A stretch of 64,000 nt of DNA from the human T2T-CHM13v2.0 reference genome, Homo sapiens. The stretch lies in NCBI RefSeq assembly GCF_009914755.1, contig NC_060933.1; one strand, 5' to 3'. The notes under the pieces were generated by a model that saw only the letters and a program-made list of their open reading frames with translations, ran no database searches and was not told where the DNA came from. Made by a program: the position numbers and the translations under genes. Shown here piece by piece: positions 13,147 to 29,579 of the stretch; the first letter of the stretch is position 1; each line of letters begins with the position of its first letter.

Positions 13147-16100
13147 TTTTTTTTATTTAAAAAATTTGTGGGTACATATTAGGTGTATATATTTATGAAG
13201 TATGTGAGATATTTTGATACAGGCATGCAATATTTAATAGTCACATCAGGGTAAATGGTGTAACCATCACCTCAAGCATTTATCCTTTTTGTTACAAACA
13301 ATTCAGTAAACTCTTTAAGTTATCTTAAAGTGTACATTTAAATGATTTCTATAGTCGTCCTGTCTTGCTAGCAAAAATTCAGTATTATTCATTCTTTCTA
13401 ACAATCTTCTGTACCCATTAATCACCCTACTTCTCCTTCACCCTCCCACCCACTACCTTTCTCAGCATCTGGTAACCATCCTTCTACTATCTTCATGAGT
13501 TCAATTGTTTTGATTTTTAGATACCACATGTAAGTGAGAATATACGAGGTTTGTCTTCTGTATCTGGCTTATTTCACTTAACATGACAACCTCCAGTTCT
13601 ATCCATGCTATTGCAAATGGCAGGATCTCTTTTTTTTTTTATGGAGAAACTACTGCATTGTGTATATGTACCGCATTCCCTTTATCCATTCATCTGTTGA
13701 TGGACACATAGGTTGCTTCCAAATCTTGCCTATTGTGAATAGTGCTGCAATTAACATGGGAGTGCAGATAGCTCTTCAGTATGCTGATTTCCTTTCTTTG
13801 GGGAACATACCTAGGAATGGGATTGCTAGATCACATGATAGTTCTATTGTTAGTTTTTTGAGAAAACTCCAAACTCTTCTCCATAGTGGTTGTGCTAATT
13901 GCCTTACCACCAACTATGAACGAGGATTACTTTTTCTCCACATCCTCGTGAGCTTTTGTTATTGCCTGTCTTTTGGATAAAAACCATTTTAACTGTTTGC
14001 CATTTGTATTTCTTCTTTTAGGATATGTCTATTCAGATCTTTTGCTCATGTTAAAATCAAATTATTAGATTTTTTCCTATAGGGTTATTTGAGCTTCTTA
14101 TATATTCTGGTTATTAATCCCTTGTCAGACAGGTAGTTTGCAAATACTTTCTCTTATTCTGTGGTTGTCTCTACTTTGTCAACTGCTTCTTTTGCTGTAC
14201 AGAAGCTTTTTAGCTTGATGTGATTTCATTTGTCCATGCTTGCTTTGGTTGCCTGTGCTTGTAGGGTATTACTCAATAAATCTTTGTCCAGTCCAATGTC
14301 CCAGAGAGTTTCTCCAATGCTTTCTTTTACTGGTTTCATAGGTTGAGGTCTTAGATTTATGTTTTAATCCATTTTTATTTGATTTTTGTAAATGGTGAGA
14401 GATAGGAGTCTGGTTTCATTCCTCTGTATATGGATATCCAGTTTTCCCAGGACAATTTACTGGATAAACTGTACTTTCTCCAATGTATGTTCTTGGCAAT
14501 ACGGTCATAAAATAGTTCACTGTAGGCATATGGATTTATTTATTGGTTCTATATGCTGTTCCACTGGTGTATGTGACTGTTTTTATGCCAGTACCATGCT
14601 CTTTTGGTTACTATAGTCTGTAGTGTAACTGGAAGTCAGCTAATGTGATTCTTCCAGGTTTGTTCTTTTTGCTTATAATGGCATTGGCTATTCTGGGTCT
14701 TCTGTGGTACCACATGCATTTTAGAATTTTTTTTTTTTCTATTTCTGTGAAGAATGTCATTGGTATTTAGACAGGGATTACATTGAATCTGTAGTTTGCT
14801 CTAGGTATTATGAACTTTTAAAAAATATTGATTCTTCAAATCCATGAAAAGAGAATATCTTGGCATTTTTTGCGTCCTCCTCAACTCCTTGCATCACTGG
14901 TTTACAGTTTTCATTGCAGAAATATTTCACATCTTAGGTTAATTTCTAGGTATTTTATTTGTAGTTATTATAAATGAGATTACTTTCTTGATCTTTTTAT
15001 TCAGATTGTTCACTGTTAGCACACAGAAATGCTACCGATTTTTGTATGTTGATTTTGTATCTTGCAACTTTACTGAATTTGTTTATCAGTTCTGAAAGGT
15101 TTTTCCAAATTTAAGTTTGTATCATCTGCAAACAAGGATAATTTGACTTCTTTCATTCCAATTTGGATGCCCTTTATTTCCTTCACTTCTCTGATTGCTT
15201 TAGCTACGACTTCCAGTATAATGTTGAATAACAGTGGTGAAAGTGGACATCCTTGTCCTGTTTCAGATCTTAGAGAAAAGCCTTTGAGTTTTTCCCCATT
15301 CAGTATGATGCTAGCTGTGGGTCTGTTGTATATAGCTTTTATTATGTTAGAGGTATGTTCCTTCTACACCCAGTTTTCTATCAAGAAGGGATGTTGTATT
15401 TTATCAATGCTTTGTCAGCATCGATTGAAATGATTATATGGTTTTTTCCTTGATTCTGTTGACATCATGTATCACATTGATTAATTTGCATATATTGGAC
15501 CATCCTTGCATCAGTGAGATAAATCCCACGTGGTCATGATGATTGCTCCTTTTAATGTGTTGTTGACTTTGGTTTGATAGCATTTTGTTGAGGATTTTTG
15601 CCTCAATATCCAACAGAGATATTGGCCTGTAGATTTCTTTTTTTGATGAGTCTTTGTCTGAATTTGGTATCAGGATAATGCTGGCCTTGTAGAATGAGTT
15701 TGGAAGTATTCCTTCCTCCTCTATTTTAAGGAATAGTTTGAGTAGGATTGGTAATAATTCTTTACATGTTTGGTAGAATTCAGCACTGAAGAAATCAGGT
15801 ACCCAGCTTTTCATTTGGGAGTCTTTTTATTATGGCTTCAATCTCAATACTTGTTGGTGTGTTCAGGTTTTGGATTTCTTCATGGTTCAATCTTAGTAGG
15901 TTGTATATGTCTAATAATTTGTCTATTTCTTCTAGATTTTCCAGTTTGTTAGCATAAAGTCTTTCATAGCAGTCCCTAGTGATTCTTTGAATTTGTGCAG
16001 TATTGGTTATAATGTCTCCTTTTTTATCTATGATCTTATTTATTTGGGATTTCTCTCGTTTCGAAGTTAGTCTTTCTAAAGGTATGCCAATTTTGTTATC

Positions 16101-19100
16101 TTTTCAAAAAACATTTCCTTTCATTGATCTTTTGTATTGTTTTATATGTTTTCATTTCATTTATATCTGTCCTGATCTGTATTCTTTTCTTCTATTATTT
16201 TTTGATTTTGTTTGTTCTTACTTTTCTAGTTCTTTAAGATGTATATTAAGGTGCCTGTTTAAAGTTCTTTTTCTCTTTTTTTGATGCAGGCACAAGTAGC
16301 TATACACTTGCCTGTTAGTACTGCTTTCACTGTATTCCATAGGTTTTGATATGTTGCCTTTCCATTATCAATTGTTTCAAGATATAGTTCAATTTCCTTT
16401 TGAATATCTTCATTTACCCACTGGTCATTCACGAGCCTATTGTTAAATTCCATATGTTTGTATAGTTTCCAAAATTCCTCTTGTTATTGATTTCCGGTTT
16501 TATAGTGGTCAGAGAAGATGCTCGATATTATTTTATTTTTGAATGTTTTAAGACTTGTTTAGTGGCCTAACATAAGGTCTGTCCTTGAGAGTTCTTCATG
16601 TGCTAAGGAAAAGAATGTATATTCAGCAGCCATGGATGAAACATTCTGTAAATATCTATTAGTTCCATTTGGTCTATAGTGCAAATTAAGTCTGATGTTT
16701 CTTTATTGATTTTCTCTCTGGAAGATCAATGCTGAAAGTGGAGTGTTGAAGTATCAAGTTATTATTGTATTGGGGGCTATCTCTTTCTTTAGCTTTAATA
16801 ATATTTGCTTTATATATCTGGGTACCCCAGTGTTGGGTGCGTATACATAAAATTGTTATAGTCTCTTGTTGAATTGACACTTTGTTCATCATGTAATGAC
16901 CTTCTCTGTCTCTTTTTATATTTTTTGTTTTGAAATACAGTTTGACTGATGTAAGTATAGCCACTCCTTGTCTTTTTTGGTTTCCATTGGCATAGAATAT
17001 CTTTTTCCATGGCTTTATTTTCAGTCTATATGTGTCTTTATAGGTAAAGTGTGTTTCATGTAGGAAACAAATCATTGGGTCTTGTTTTCTTTATTCAGCT
17101 ACTCCATGTATTTTGATCGGAGTTTAGTCCATTTACATTCAAACTTATTATTGATAAATAAGGATTTATTTCTACCATTTTGTTATTTGTTGTCTGGTTG
17201 TTTTGAGGTCTTCTCTTCCTTCTTTTCTTCTTTGTTTTCTTCCTATTAGTGAAGTTTTGTGTGCTTTTTAATGGTGGTATAACAATTTATTGCTTTGTGT
17301 GTGTGTGTATCCATTGTATGTTTTTTGATTTGAGGTTACCATGAAGCTTGCAAATACTATTTTATAACCCTTTATTTTAAGGCGATACCAACACCACTTG
17401 CATAAACAAGCAAACAAGCAAAAAGAAAACTAGTAAAAGCTTGACACATTAACTTCATCTCCCAGTTTTTTAAACTTTTTATTGTTTCTATTTATATTGT
17501 AATGTACTGTCTATGGCTTGAAAAGTTGTAGTTATTCTTTATGATTTGTTCACCTTTCAGCCTTTCTACTTAACATAAGTGTAGTTTATACACTGCAGTT
17601 ACAGCATTATAATATTCTGTGTTTTTCCGGGTACTTACTATTGCCAGTGAGTTTTCTACCTTCAGATGATGTCATATTGCTCAGTAATGATCATTTATTT
17701 TTGATTGAAGTACTCCATTTAGCATTCCTTGTAGGAGAGGTCTGGTGTTGATGACAGCTTTTGTTTTTCTGGAAAAGCCTTTATTACTCATTCATGTTTG
17801 AAGGATATGTTTGCCAAATATACTATTCTAAGGTAAAAAGGTTTTTTCCTTCACACTTTTATTATGTCATGACACTCTCTTCTGGACTGTAAAAATTCCA
17901 CTGAAAAGTCTGCACCCAGACATAATGGAACTTTATTGGATGGTGTTTTTTCTTTTCTCTTTCTGCTTGTAGGATCCTTTCTTTATCTTTGATCTTTGGG
18001 AGTTTGCTTATTAAAGTGCCTTGAGGTAGGCTTCTTTGTGTTAAAGTGTCTTGATATTCTATAACCGTCTTGTACTTGAATGCTGATATCTTTCTCTGGG
18101 TTTGGGAAGTTCTCTGATATTATCTCTTTGAATAAATTTTCTACCCCTATCTCTTTCTCTACCTCCTCTCTATGGCCAATAATTCTTAGATGTTCTCCGT
18201 CAAGGAATTTCAGGTATTTGAAAGGACTTGGGTGTTGTGATCTAAGCTGTACCTGCATCAGTGGGCAATCCAAGCCCACGAGTCTTGCAGACTCATGGAG
18301 GTACTGCCTTAATGGTCTTGCTTAAGTCTGGAAGAATTCCATGGATTACTAGGCAGAAATTCATGTTCTCTTCCCTTACTTTCTTCCAAACAAATGGAGT
18401 TTTTCTCTGTGTTCTGAACCACCTGGGGCTGAGGCTAGGGTGACACAAGCTCCCCTGGGGCCACCACCACAGGGACTGAGCTGGGTCAGATCTGAAATCA
18501 GCACAGCAATGAGTTTCCCCCAAGGCCAGCTATAAGCACTACTGGGCTATCGCCTGTGTTTCCTCAAGGTCGTAGGGCTCTACAATCTGCAAGTGGTGAA
18601 GCCAGCCAGACTTGTGTCCTTCCATTAGGGTGTCCAGCTCCCCCAGGCCCTGGGCAAGTCTGAAGATGCCACCTGGGAGCTAGGGACTGGAGTCAAAGAT
18701 CTTGGATGTCTACTTAGTGTTCTATTCTTCTATGGCTGAGCTGACTCTCAAACCATGAGACACAATTCTTACCATTCTTCCCTCCCCTTTTCATAGGCAG
18801 AGGAGCTTCATTCCATGGTCACCACCATCCTAGGCCCACAAAGAGCCATGCCGAGCTACCACCGATGTTCACTTCAGGCCCAAGGGCTCTTTAGTCAGCT
18901 TGTGGTGAATGCTGCGAGACTTGGAACTCACCCCTCACAGCAGTGTCCTCCACTCTTGCCCACTGCATGTCCAGAATTGCCATTTAGGAGACAAGAACTG
19001 GAATCAGGGATCCCAAGAGCTTGCTAGTTTTTTAACCCCACTGTGACCAAGCTGGTACCTACAGTGCAAGACAAAGTCCCCTTTACTCTTCCCTCTGCTT

Positions 19101-20118
19101 TTCTCAAGCAGAATGAGTCTCTCCCCATAGCCACTACATCTGGAAATGTGCTGGGTTTTACCAGAAGCCATTATGTCTCAGTCTCACCCAAGGCCCATGA
19201 CGTACTGTCTAGGTGTCATTATAAGTTATTCAATGCCCAAGGACAATTTAGTCAGCAGGTGTTGGATCCTGCCAGTACTGGGTCCTTCTCTTCAAGGCAG
19301 CAGCTTCACTTCTGGCCCAGGCTGTGTTTAGAAGTTTAATCTGGGAGCTGGGGCCTGGAATGGGGGCCTCATGATCCTTCCTTGTGCCCTCTCCTACTGT
19401 GGCTGAGTTGGTGTTTAAGATACAAAACAAAAGACCTTTCTACCCTTCTTTCTTATCTCCTCACTAAGAAGGAAGGGGCATCTTTTGGAGCCATGCACTG
19501 TGCTGCCTGGGGTTGGGAGAGGGGTGACGCAAGCACTCCTTTAGCTGCTGTGGCTGGTGTCTCAGTACTTCACATTCCCCTGAAGTCCACTGGCTCATAG
19601 CCCAGCTCAGCATTGGGTCTTAAAGTCCTCGTGTCCTAGATTGCCTTTCAAGTTTATTTAGGGCCTCAGAACACATCAGCCCAGGTGGTGAGGCTTGCCA
19701 GAACTCAAGATTCCACTACTGGGATGGGTGATACCCCTCTGGGTAGGTCCAGTTCGGATGCTTCCTCCATGGGTTGGCATCAGCTGAGTTCAATGAAGTT
19801 TTGCTTTGTGACAAAGCAGCACTGAGCTCAATGCAGTTTCACAATTGCTGCTCTCTTCCAACGGCACAGATTTCTCCATGCCATGCAGCCACTGCACGGG
19901 AATGGGGGAGGGTGGCACTGGCAATTTAAGTTTTCGTACCCTATTCAGTACCTCTTTTAGTAACACGAAGTTAAAACCAGGTACTGCAAGTGCTCCCCTT
20001 ATTTTTGTTTTTTTTTTAATGAAGGTGCTTATCTTGTGTAGATAGTTGTTAAATTTGGTGTTCCTTCAGGGGGGATAATGGATGGGGCCTTCTGTTCTGC
20101 CATCTTGCTCCATCTCCT
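13147..20118 (-). mobile_element. Near full-length, decayed L1MA (MA1-MA3) with 5' UTR, partly deleted ORF1 and fragmented ORF2
   Basis: L1MA 3' UTR at 13147. RT fragment 15434-15814 ([22 protein letters not shown]), endonuclease fragment 16686-17075 (CFLHETH..GVAIL), ORF1 fragment 17983-18279 (ENLFKEIISENFPN). 5' end reads GGAGCAAGATGGCAGAACAGAAG on the minus strand near 20110. Confidence 0.92.
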
Positions 20119-20364
20119 CTCTTCCTTTCTTTATTTAGCATAGTTGATTCATTATCTGATAGGCAACCATGATTATTCTTTAAAAACACTGCTACATCAA
20201 TGAAGTATTTTTGAATAATGTTAGCAGTTCCTAATTATAGAGAGTAAAACATAAGAAAGCACGTCCATTTCTATGTGTTTTCACATTCTGAATTGTTGAA
20301 TGTGTTAATTTTCAATCCTTTTTTTTCTTGCCTTGTAAATTAATATGACTGGAAATGATAGCGA

Positions 20365-20600
20365 ATATGTACTCCCTGGATCCAGACTGCATGGATTTGT
20401 GTACCCGACTTTTTTCTTAATAGTTGTGTGATAACTGAACAAATTTCTTAGCTCTTTGTGTCTTTTTTCTAACATGTAAGGTGTTGATAACAATAGTACC
20501 TAGATGTTACAATCATTGTGAGGATTAAATACATGAGTGCATTTAAAACACTTAGGACAATGATGGGAAATTAGTGAATGCTCAATATCATTGTTGCTAT
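20365..20600 (+). mobile_element. MIR SINE
   Basis: CCAGACTGC...TTGTGAGGATTAAAT...GAATGCTCAATA. Confidence 0.7.
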
Positions 20601-20724
20601 CTTTATGTATTTACCTAAGCATACTTTTTTTGCTTTTATTGCTTAAACGAATAAAAAATATTAAATATTTGCATTTGTTTTTTATTTAATTTTTCAAATA
20701 TATCATTGCCTTGGTGACCTTTCT

Positions 20725-21051
<327 letters not shown>

Positions 21052-21154
21052 GCCTTGATGACCTTTCTATGGTAATATGTATATGGACATGTACTCTTCT
21101 TGTTAATAGCTCTATAATGTTTTATAATATGCATATATTTCAAGTGATTTAACT

Positions 21155-21368
21155 AAGGGGTTTTTCTCCTTGGCAGTGTTGACATATTGGGCTGGATAAT
21201 TTTCTGTTGTGGGGGATGCACTGTGTGTTATAGGATGCTCAGCAGCATTCTTGACTCTGCCTATTAAATGACTGATGCAGTCTGCACTGAGTTGTGACAG
21301 CCAATATACTTCCAAACACTGACAAATGCTTTTAGGGGGACAGAATTATCCCTAGCTGAGAACCACTG
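21155..21368 (-). mobile_element. MER20 (hAT-Charlie), full length
   Basis: Ends TGAGAACCACTG; about 214 bp; degenerate 8-bp TSD ATTTAACT/ATTTAGGT. Confidence 0.85.
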
Positions 21369-22019
21369 ATTTAGGTAATTATTAATTGAAGGATATTTGT
21401 TTCTAGGTTTTTGCTATTTTCAACAATAATACATTGTGCTTCCTAGTAAAGACGTAAAGTTTGTGCATATTATTTGAGTTTATTTTTTCCTCCTACTCCC
21501 AGTCTTCTGAGGCTTTTAGAGACATTTCCCTCTTAACAAACTTAGTCTCCATCCAGTCAGAGCATATTTCTATCTCTTTCTAGAAATAATTCTGTCTTTA
21601 ACTTCACCCCCTTTTAAACGAAAATCTTCTCTTTCCTCTTAACTTTAAAAAATTCCAAGCAGTTTACCATTCCAGAACACAGAGTACTAATCCTTGAGTT
21701 TGTCCCATTAAGGAGAACTATGATGAGTTCCAAATAATCACAGTATCTTGGTAACAGAAGAATATTTTGCCAGTATCAGAGAATTAATGTGGCATAAAAC
21801 TCCAAGGTCTTTGGATGAGACAAGAGAGTATAATAAAGGAATTTTCAAGAACCAAAGAATTATCCCATGGTGTTCAGGCAGTAGTACTTGGCCTCTAACT
21901 GTTTCTTACATTGAGGAAGTCAGAATACCACTACTTATTTTGAACAGAACTGCCTTGATGGAACATTACTTTTTACAAATAGGAGAGTAAAATAGAGAAA
22001 TATTTACCAGTCACAGTTG

Positions 22020-22225
22020 AAAGAATCAGACGTATCTAGGAACATAATCTGAATTCTGCTTTTATTAGAAGTATGACCTTTTACTTTTTAAAAACCTATG
22101 AGCCACAATTTTCTTATCTAATAAAAATAATAATATTAGTTATTTCAAAGTTCTTGTGTTAATTAAATAAGATGATATGGGTAAAAGGATTTAGCAGGGA
22201 ACCTGGTACATAGTAAGCATATTAT
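22020..22225 (+). mobile_element. MIR SINE
   Basis: TTAAATAAGATGATATGGGTAAAAGG..ACCTGGTACATAGTAAGCA. Confidence 0.65.
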
Positions 22226-22437
22226 AACTGTGATTCCAGAATTAATGAAATCTGTTAGCTGCTTCTGCAACAGAATTTGTATTTTAAAATCTCTTTAAAA
22301 TGCAGCAGTGATGTTCAGTGGTGTTGACAGGATCCTGCAGCTTCTGTAACATCATAGCTAAACTTGATAAAACATAAAACATAATTATAGTCTTATTTTT
22401 CACTCTGCCTATTATTCAGGCTTATATGCTTTCCTGA

Positions 22438-22795
<358 letters not shown>

Positions 22796-23199
22796 TTAAA
22801 ATAAATATCTTTTTAGAAATACTTTCAGTGTTGCATGCAACCAAGGACTCAGGCCAATCCTGGTGATATCGGGATTTGTTGATGCAGTATACATTGCAAT
22901 TTCTACCTTGTATCATTTCTTAGGCATTACTAAATATTAGTGATTAATAAAACCTGTAATCAAGTTTCAAGTGAATCTATTTGGCAATTAACATATATGA
23001 GGTACATATAAAATCTTCCCCAGTTATCAGATACAAAATTTAGAAACCTATAATTTGAAGTATTCATGTAAATCATATCCTGAATATGTTAGCTATGTAT
23101 GAAATAGTTACAGAAAACCAAAATGTAATTCCAAAGTAAATTTTTAAAATATTTAGAGGTTACATATAACATATGTACATTGCTGAATTTATAACTGCT

Positions 23200-23690
23200 G
23201 CGTACATTAAAATTATAGCTGAAATAAAAGTCAATTACATGGAAGACATTAATAAATTATAACAAATTGCAAACAAAACATTAAAAACTAGAGATATGAA
23301 AAATATTTTAAGAGACATGGAGATTGGAATAATCAGAATTCATATATGTCTTAACAGAATCAAGGTAGAAGGGGACAGATCAGATGGAAAACAGAAAATA
23401 ATCAATATTACTATAGCTAAAATTGATATCTATTTAAAAAGTAGACTTTTACTTGAGAAATTTCTGAAGGCTGTTCTTTATAATGAAAACAATACCAAAC
23501 TAACTAACTCATCAACAAGATGGAAGAATACACAAGGAAATTTGTGATCCTAGTAGAAAAGATCAAAAATTGGTTTGTGTAAAATCATAAATAATAGAAT
23601 TATAATTAATTTATATGATTAAAAATGCCTAGAATGCAGAACAAAATGGACATGTTATGTGAATAGATAAGTGATGGGAGACCACAAGTT
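23200..23690 (+). mobile_element. Ancient L1ME/HAL1 ORF1-like remnant
   Basis: ORF 23296-23547 (LRDME..IHICLNRIKVEGDRSDGKQKII) weakly resembles the L1 ORF1 LRDLED..NIRLIGVPEGE region. Confidence 0.4.
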
Positions 23691-23694
23691 TTAA

Positions 23695-24021
<327 letters not shown>

Positions 24022-24207
24022 TAAGAAATCTAATTTACTTTAGACTTCATTGCACTTCTACCCCATAAATTTATACAAACTTGTTAAAAGTAAAAGGTAT
24101 AATTTGAAAGTTAACTATTGGGAAAAATGGAAATATAATATTTATTGTATCTTAAGCCAGTATAAGAAAAAATTAGAACAAGACAAATAAATGAAAACAG
24201 AATTTGC

Positions 24208-25630
<1,423 letters not shown>

Positions 25631-25639
25631 TCCAAATCC

Positions 25640-26350
25640 CACAAATTCCAAATTTATGGGAAACATCTAAAGCAATACACAAACTATAACATTAAATGCT
25701 TATATTAGAAGATAGGGAATATTGAAAATTATAAAACTAAATATTTTACATAAGTGTTTTAGAATTATAAATATTTATCCAAATAATATAGAAGACAAAT
25801 ATTAAGAAAGACTAACATATTAATCAATAAACAAATATAAAGTTAATTCCTAAAGGCAAAAAATGATCATATTAAAAAATATTAATAAGCTATTTTCTGG
25901 GGAAAACAAAAGCAAAATACAGGAACTAATTATACTGGAAGTAAAACTCATAAAACAATGATGTGTAAAAACATTTTATCAATGCATGTAAAAATTTAGG
26001 TGAATAAAAACATTCATAGAAAGATACACTTTACCTATGCTGCCACAGAAAAGTGTGAATAATCCTACATTTATGATTCAAATTAATTTGCTAGATACAA
26101 ATCTTTTAAAAAGAAAATATTTTATCCTATTTTGTGATACTTACCAAATTTTCAAGAAATACAAAGTGCCAAATATGTACAGTTTTTTGATAAATAAAAT
26201 TGTTCTGCAGTTATTTGAGGCTGATATAAACCATTAATGTGTGTGTCTATATGTATACATGTAAAATGCCAAAAATCTAGGATAAATTACAGGTCCATTT
26301 TACTTACCAACTTTAGTATAAATATTCAAAATATAACAATCGCCAACTAA
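25640..26350 (+). mobile_element. Ancient L1M ORF2 remnants
   Basis: AAATTTATGGGAAACATCTAAAGCA and TTATTTGAGGCTGATATAA resemble L1 ORF2; very A-rich. Confidence 0.45.
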
Positions 26351-26419
26351 CTCCAAAACAAATAAATTATTATTTAAAAAAAAGTAATACAAATATAATA
26401 ACAATGGTGATAGTAATTG

Positions 26420-26562
26420 CTAACTACTAGTTTAAATAATGCTTACTATAGTTCAAATACTGTTCTAAATAATTTGCATATACCAACTAATTTAATTATC
26501 ACAATGACCTTGTATCATATGTGCTATTATTACTATCATTTCTTGAGGAAACTGAGGCACTG
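26420..26562 (-). mobile_element. MIR SINE
   Basis: Ends GAGGAAACTGAGGCAC, the MIR core hallmark. Confidence 0.7.
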
Positions 26563-26728
26563 CACGTTCAGACAGAAAGGAAGTGGCAAAGCTTTCTTAG
26601 ACTTATATCCAGAAAATCAGATTGAAGTGTATATTGACATTCAAAACAAAGAAAACTAAAAATAAATATTTAAAGATAAATATATGAACATGATAAACCT
26701 GTATGTATATATTCATACTTTGTATATA

Positions 26729-27111
26729 GAGTCATGCATTATTTAATGATGAGAATGCCATCTGAGACATGCATCATTAGGTGATTTTGTCCTTGTGCAA
26801 GCATCATAAGGTATACTTACACAAACCTAGATGGTATGGCCTAAAACACACTTATGCTATATGATATAACCTATTGCTCCTAGGCTACAAACTAGTACAT
26901 GTTACTGTACTGAATACTGCAGGGAATTGTAACACAATGGTAAGAATTTGTATATCTAAACATAGAAGGGCAATGTGTTGTTCTAATACATTATAATCTC
27001 TACAACATCACTAGGTAACAGAAATTTTTCAGCTGCATTATAATCTTATGGGACCAAAATAATATATGTATTTCTTCATTGATTGAAAAGTTGTTATGTG
27101 GCACATGACTG
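26729..27111 (-). mobile_element. Tigger3-family MITE (TcMar-Tigger)
   Basis: Terminal inverted repeats GAGTCATGCA...GCACATGACTG and internal CACAAACCTAGATGGTAT..CCTAGGCTACAAAC. Confidence 0.85.
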
Positions 27112-28377
27112 CAAAATAAAAATTCTTAATAGATATTTTGATTGAAGTTGTTGAAGGGATTAATCATTAAGAGAGATTTATATGAAGATTAAAAATTATT
27201 GGTATGACCTGAGGATTTTTCTTTATTTTATTAAATAACCCTTTATATACATGTATACAGAAGTGTATATAAATTTATACATATGTGCATATTGTATTAG
27301 TTCTGTAGGTACATGTATATTTATATCTATTTCTATTCTAAGCTCTGCATTTATATTAGAAAAAGTATCAATATTTGACCTAATAAATTATTCTGTAAGT
27401 TAGAAGGCGATTTTGGAGCAGTAATTAGCATCTATAATAAGAGGCATACAAGTGTGACTTTCACAAAAATAATAAAGTTACTAAGCTACAATGACAATGA
27501 CAAGCAAGATAAATATAATAATATGAATGTGGAAAATATATGTATATATGAAGAAAACTTTAAAAATGTAATTACTAACATTAACAACAATCAGATAAAA
27601 CTATGAGATATTTTACCAAAATTTTTAAGCAAAACAAAATCTATAAAAACAAGAAAACAGACTTTAAATTTACATTGTATAGCACATATTAGCTTGCTTT
27701 TAGCCAAGGTGTGAAGACTCTTTAATGATATGGGATAATCATAATAAAATAATTTTAAGTGACAAAAAACAGGATGCAAAGTGATATATAACAGATGATG
27801 TGATAATAAATAATTGTAAACAATTAAAATAATCACTTTAAATTTAAATTCATGTTGAAAACCATGAAGGAAGGATTAACATATTTGATCACTTTTTCAG
27901 AAAGCAAAGATAAAGTAAAATTGATAATTATGATAGATTTAAGGAAAAGAAATGATGATGTTTCATTTGACTCTTACTGTTGCAAGTGACGGACAATCTA
28001 TCTCAAACCAATCTATGCAAACAAAGGCATCTATTTTTTTGCATAGCTTAAAAGCATAGGATTTGGTTTAGCTTTAGGTCCAACATATTGCCAATAAAAT
28101 TTTCTTTCATGAAACACTGATAAAAAATCCTTTGTTTTGGTAAAGAATACCTATTTGATCTCTGCATCATATATTACCAAAGAAGCATTTAAAACAATTC
28201 TATTAAGATCAAGTATAAATAATGAATTTAGGCATTAATTTTATATTTCTATTTTGTTTCTAGCCAATGAAATATAATAGTAAAATTAAAAAATTAAAAT
28301 AATGAAAAGAAAAATGCTATAATGTTCAGTATTTGCAGATACTACTTATTTTCTAAATATCCAATAAAATCAGTTAT

Positions 28378-28720
28378 ATGTTTTCCCATTTTTTTATGTC
28401 ATCCTGATTTATTTGAGCAGTGGTTTGTAGTTCTCCTTGTAGAGATATTTCATCTCCCTGGTTAGCTATAATACTAGATATTTTATTCTTTTTGTTGCAG
28501 TTGTGAATGAGAATTCAGTCCTTCCATTTTGAGCGGTTTTAACATGAAGGGGTATTGAATTTTATCAAAAGCCTTTTCTGTGTCTATGGAGATAATCATA
28601 TGATGTTCGTCTTTAGTTCCATTTCTGTCATGAATCACATTTATCGATTTGTGTATGTTGAACCAAATTTGCATCCCAGGGATAAAGCATACTTTATTGT
28701 GGTGGATAAGTTTTTCATGT
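28378..28720 (-). mobile_element. L1P ORF2 internal fragment (two non-contiguous RT-region pieces)
   Basis: ORF 28483-28674 ([34 protein letters not shown]) joined to a piece from further downstream in ORF2. Confidence 0.8.
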
Positions 28721-28727
28721 AAGCCTA

Positions 28728-28920
28728 TTTATGTGTGAATGCACATGAATGTACATACGCTGTACACTTTGGGACATGCACATGTGCACACATTCACATG
28801 TAGGTATAAACCCATATTCATAAATATATCCACATATATGTATACGTATATATGCACGCACAAAAAATTTGTGCCTATGTATGCATGCATAGGCACATAC
28901 ATATTCATATACACATAGGT
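28728..28920. repeat. Alternating purine-pyrimidine (TG/CA/TA) low-complexity tract
   Basis: Seen directly. Confidence 0.7.
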
Positions 28921-29274
28921 ATTATGAAATAAAATTTCATGTACAGTTTTATAACAGTGGTCTTATTGGAAAATATATTCTGAACATCTAGGGCTATATC
29001 TCCTTTATATAATTTAAATGGTTTTATGCTATTACATTTTATGATTGTCTAATACTTTATATATTCACCCATTTTTCTTCTAATTTTCACTAAATATGTG
29101 ATGCCATTAAGAAACTGGGTCTGAAGTCACATCACATGGGATACCAGTCATAGTAATCGCGTTCTTGTAAAACAAAATACTCTGAGTATTTAATGAGGAA
29201 GATAAACAGCAAACCAGGAATGTTTTGCTTTTAGTAAATACTCAGTAATTCTAGGCTATTACTGTAGGTATTGT

Positions 29275-29332
29275 CTCTATCCTATCTATCTCTCTATCTC
29301 TGTCTCTATTATCTATCTATCACCTATCTACA
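29275..29332. repeat. Imperfect (TCTA)n microsatellite
   Basis: Seen directly. Confidence 0.7.
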
Positions 29333-29579
29333 TTTCCTTGTGATTAACAGCCTTCCTACATTATTTTTCTAAAAGTAGAGTTTGAAAATTTAAGATAATT
29401 TAAATTTTCTGTAGATCTTGCCAAATTTTCTTGCAGAAATATTGCACTAATTTAATTCTATTCACCAGTGCATCAGAATAACTGTCCATTCATTTCTGAA
29501 CATCTTTATTATTTTAATTTTTTCTCATTATTCAATTTTTTCCTTAGCATAAATACAAAGATATGCCATTTTTTTCATT

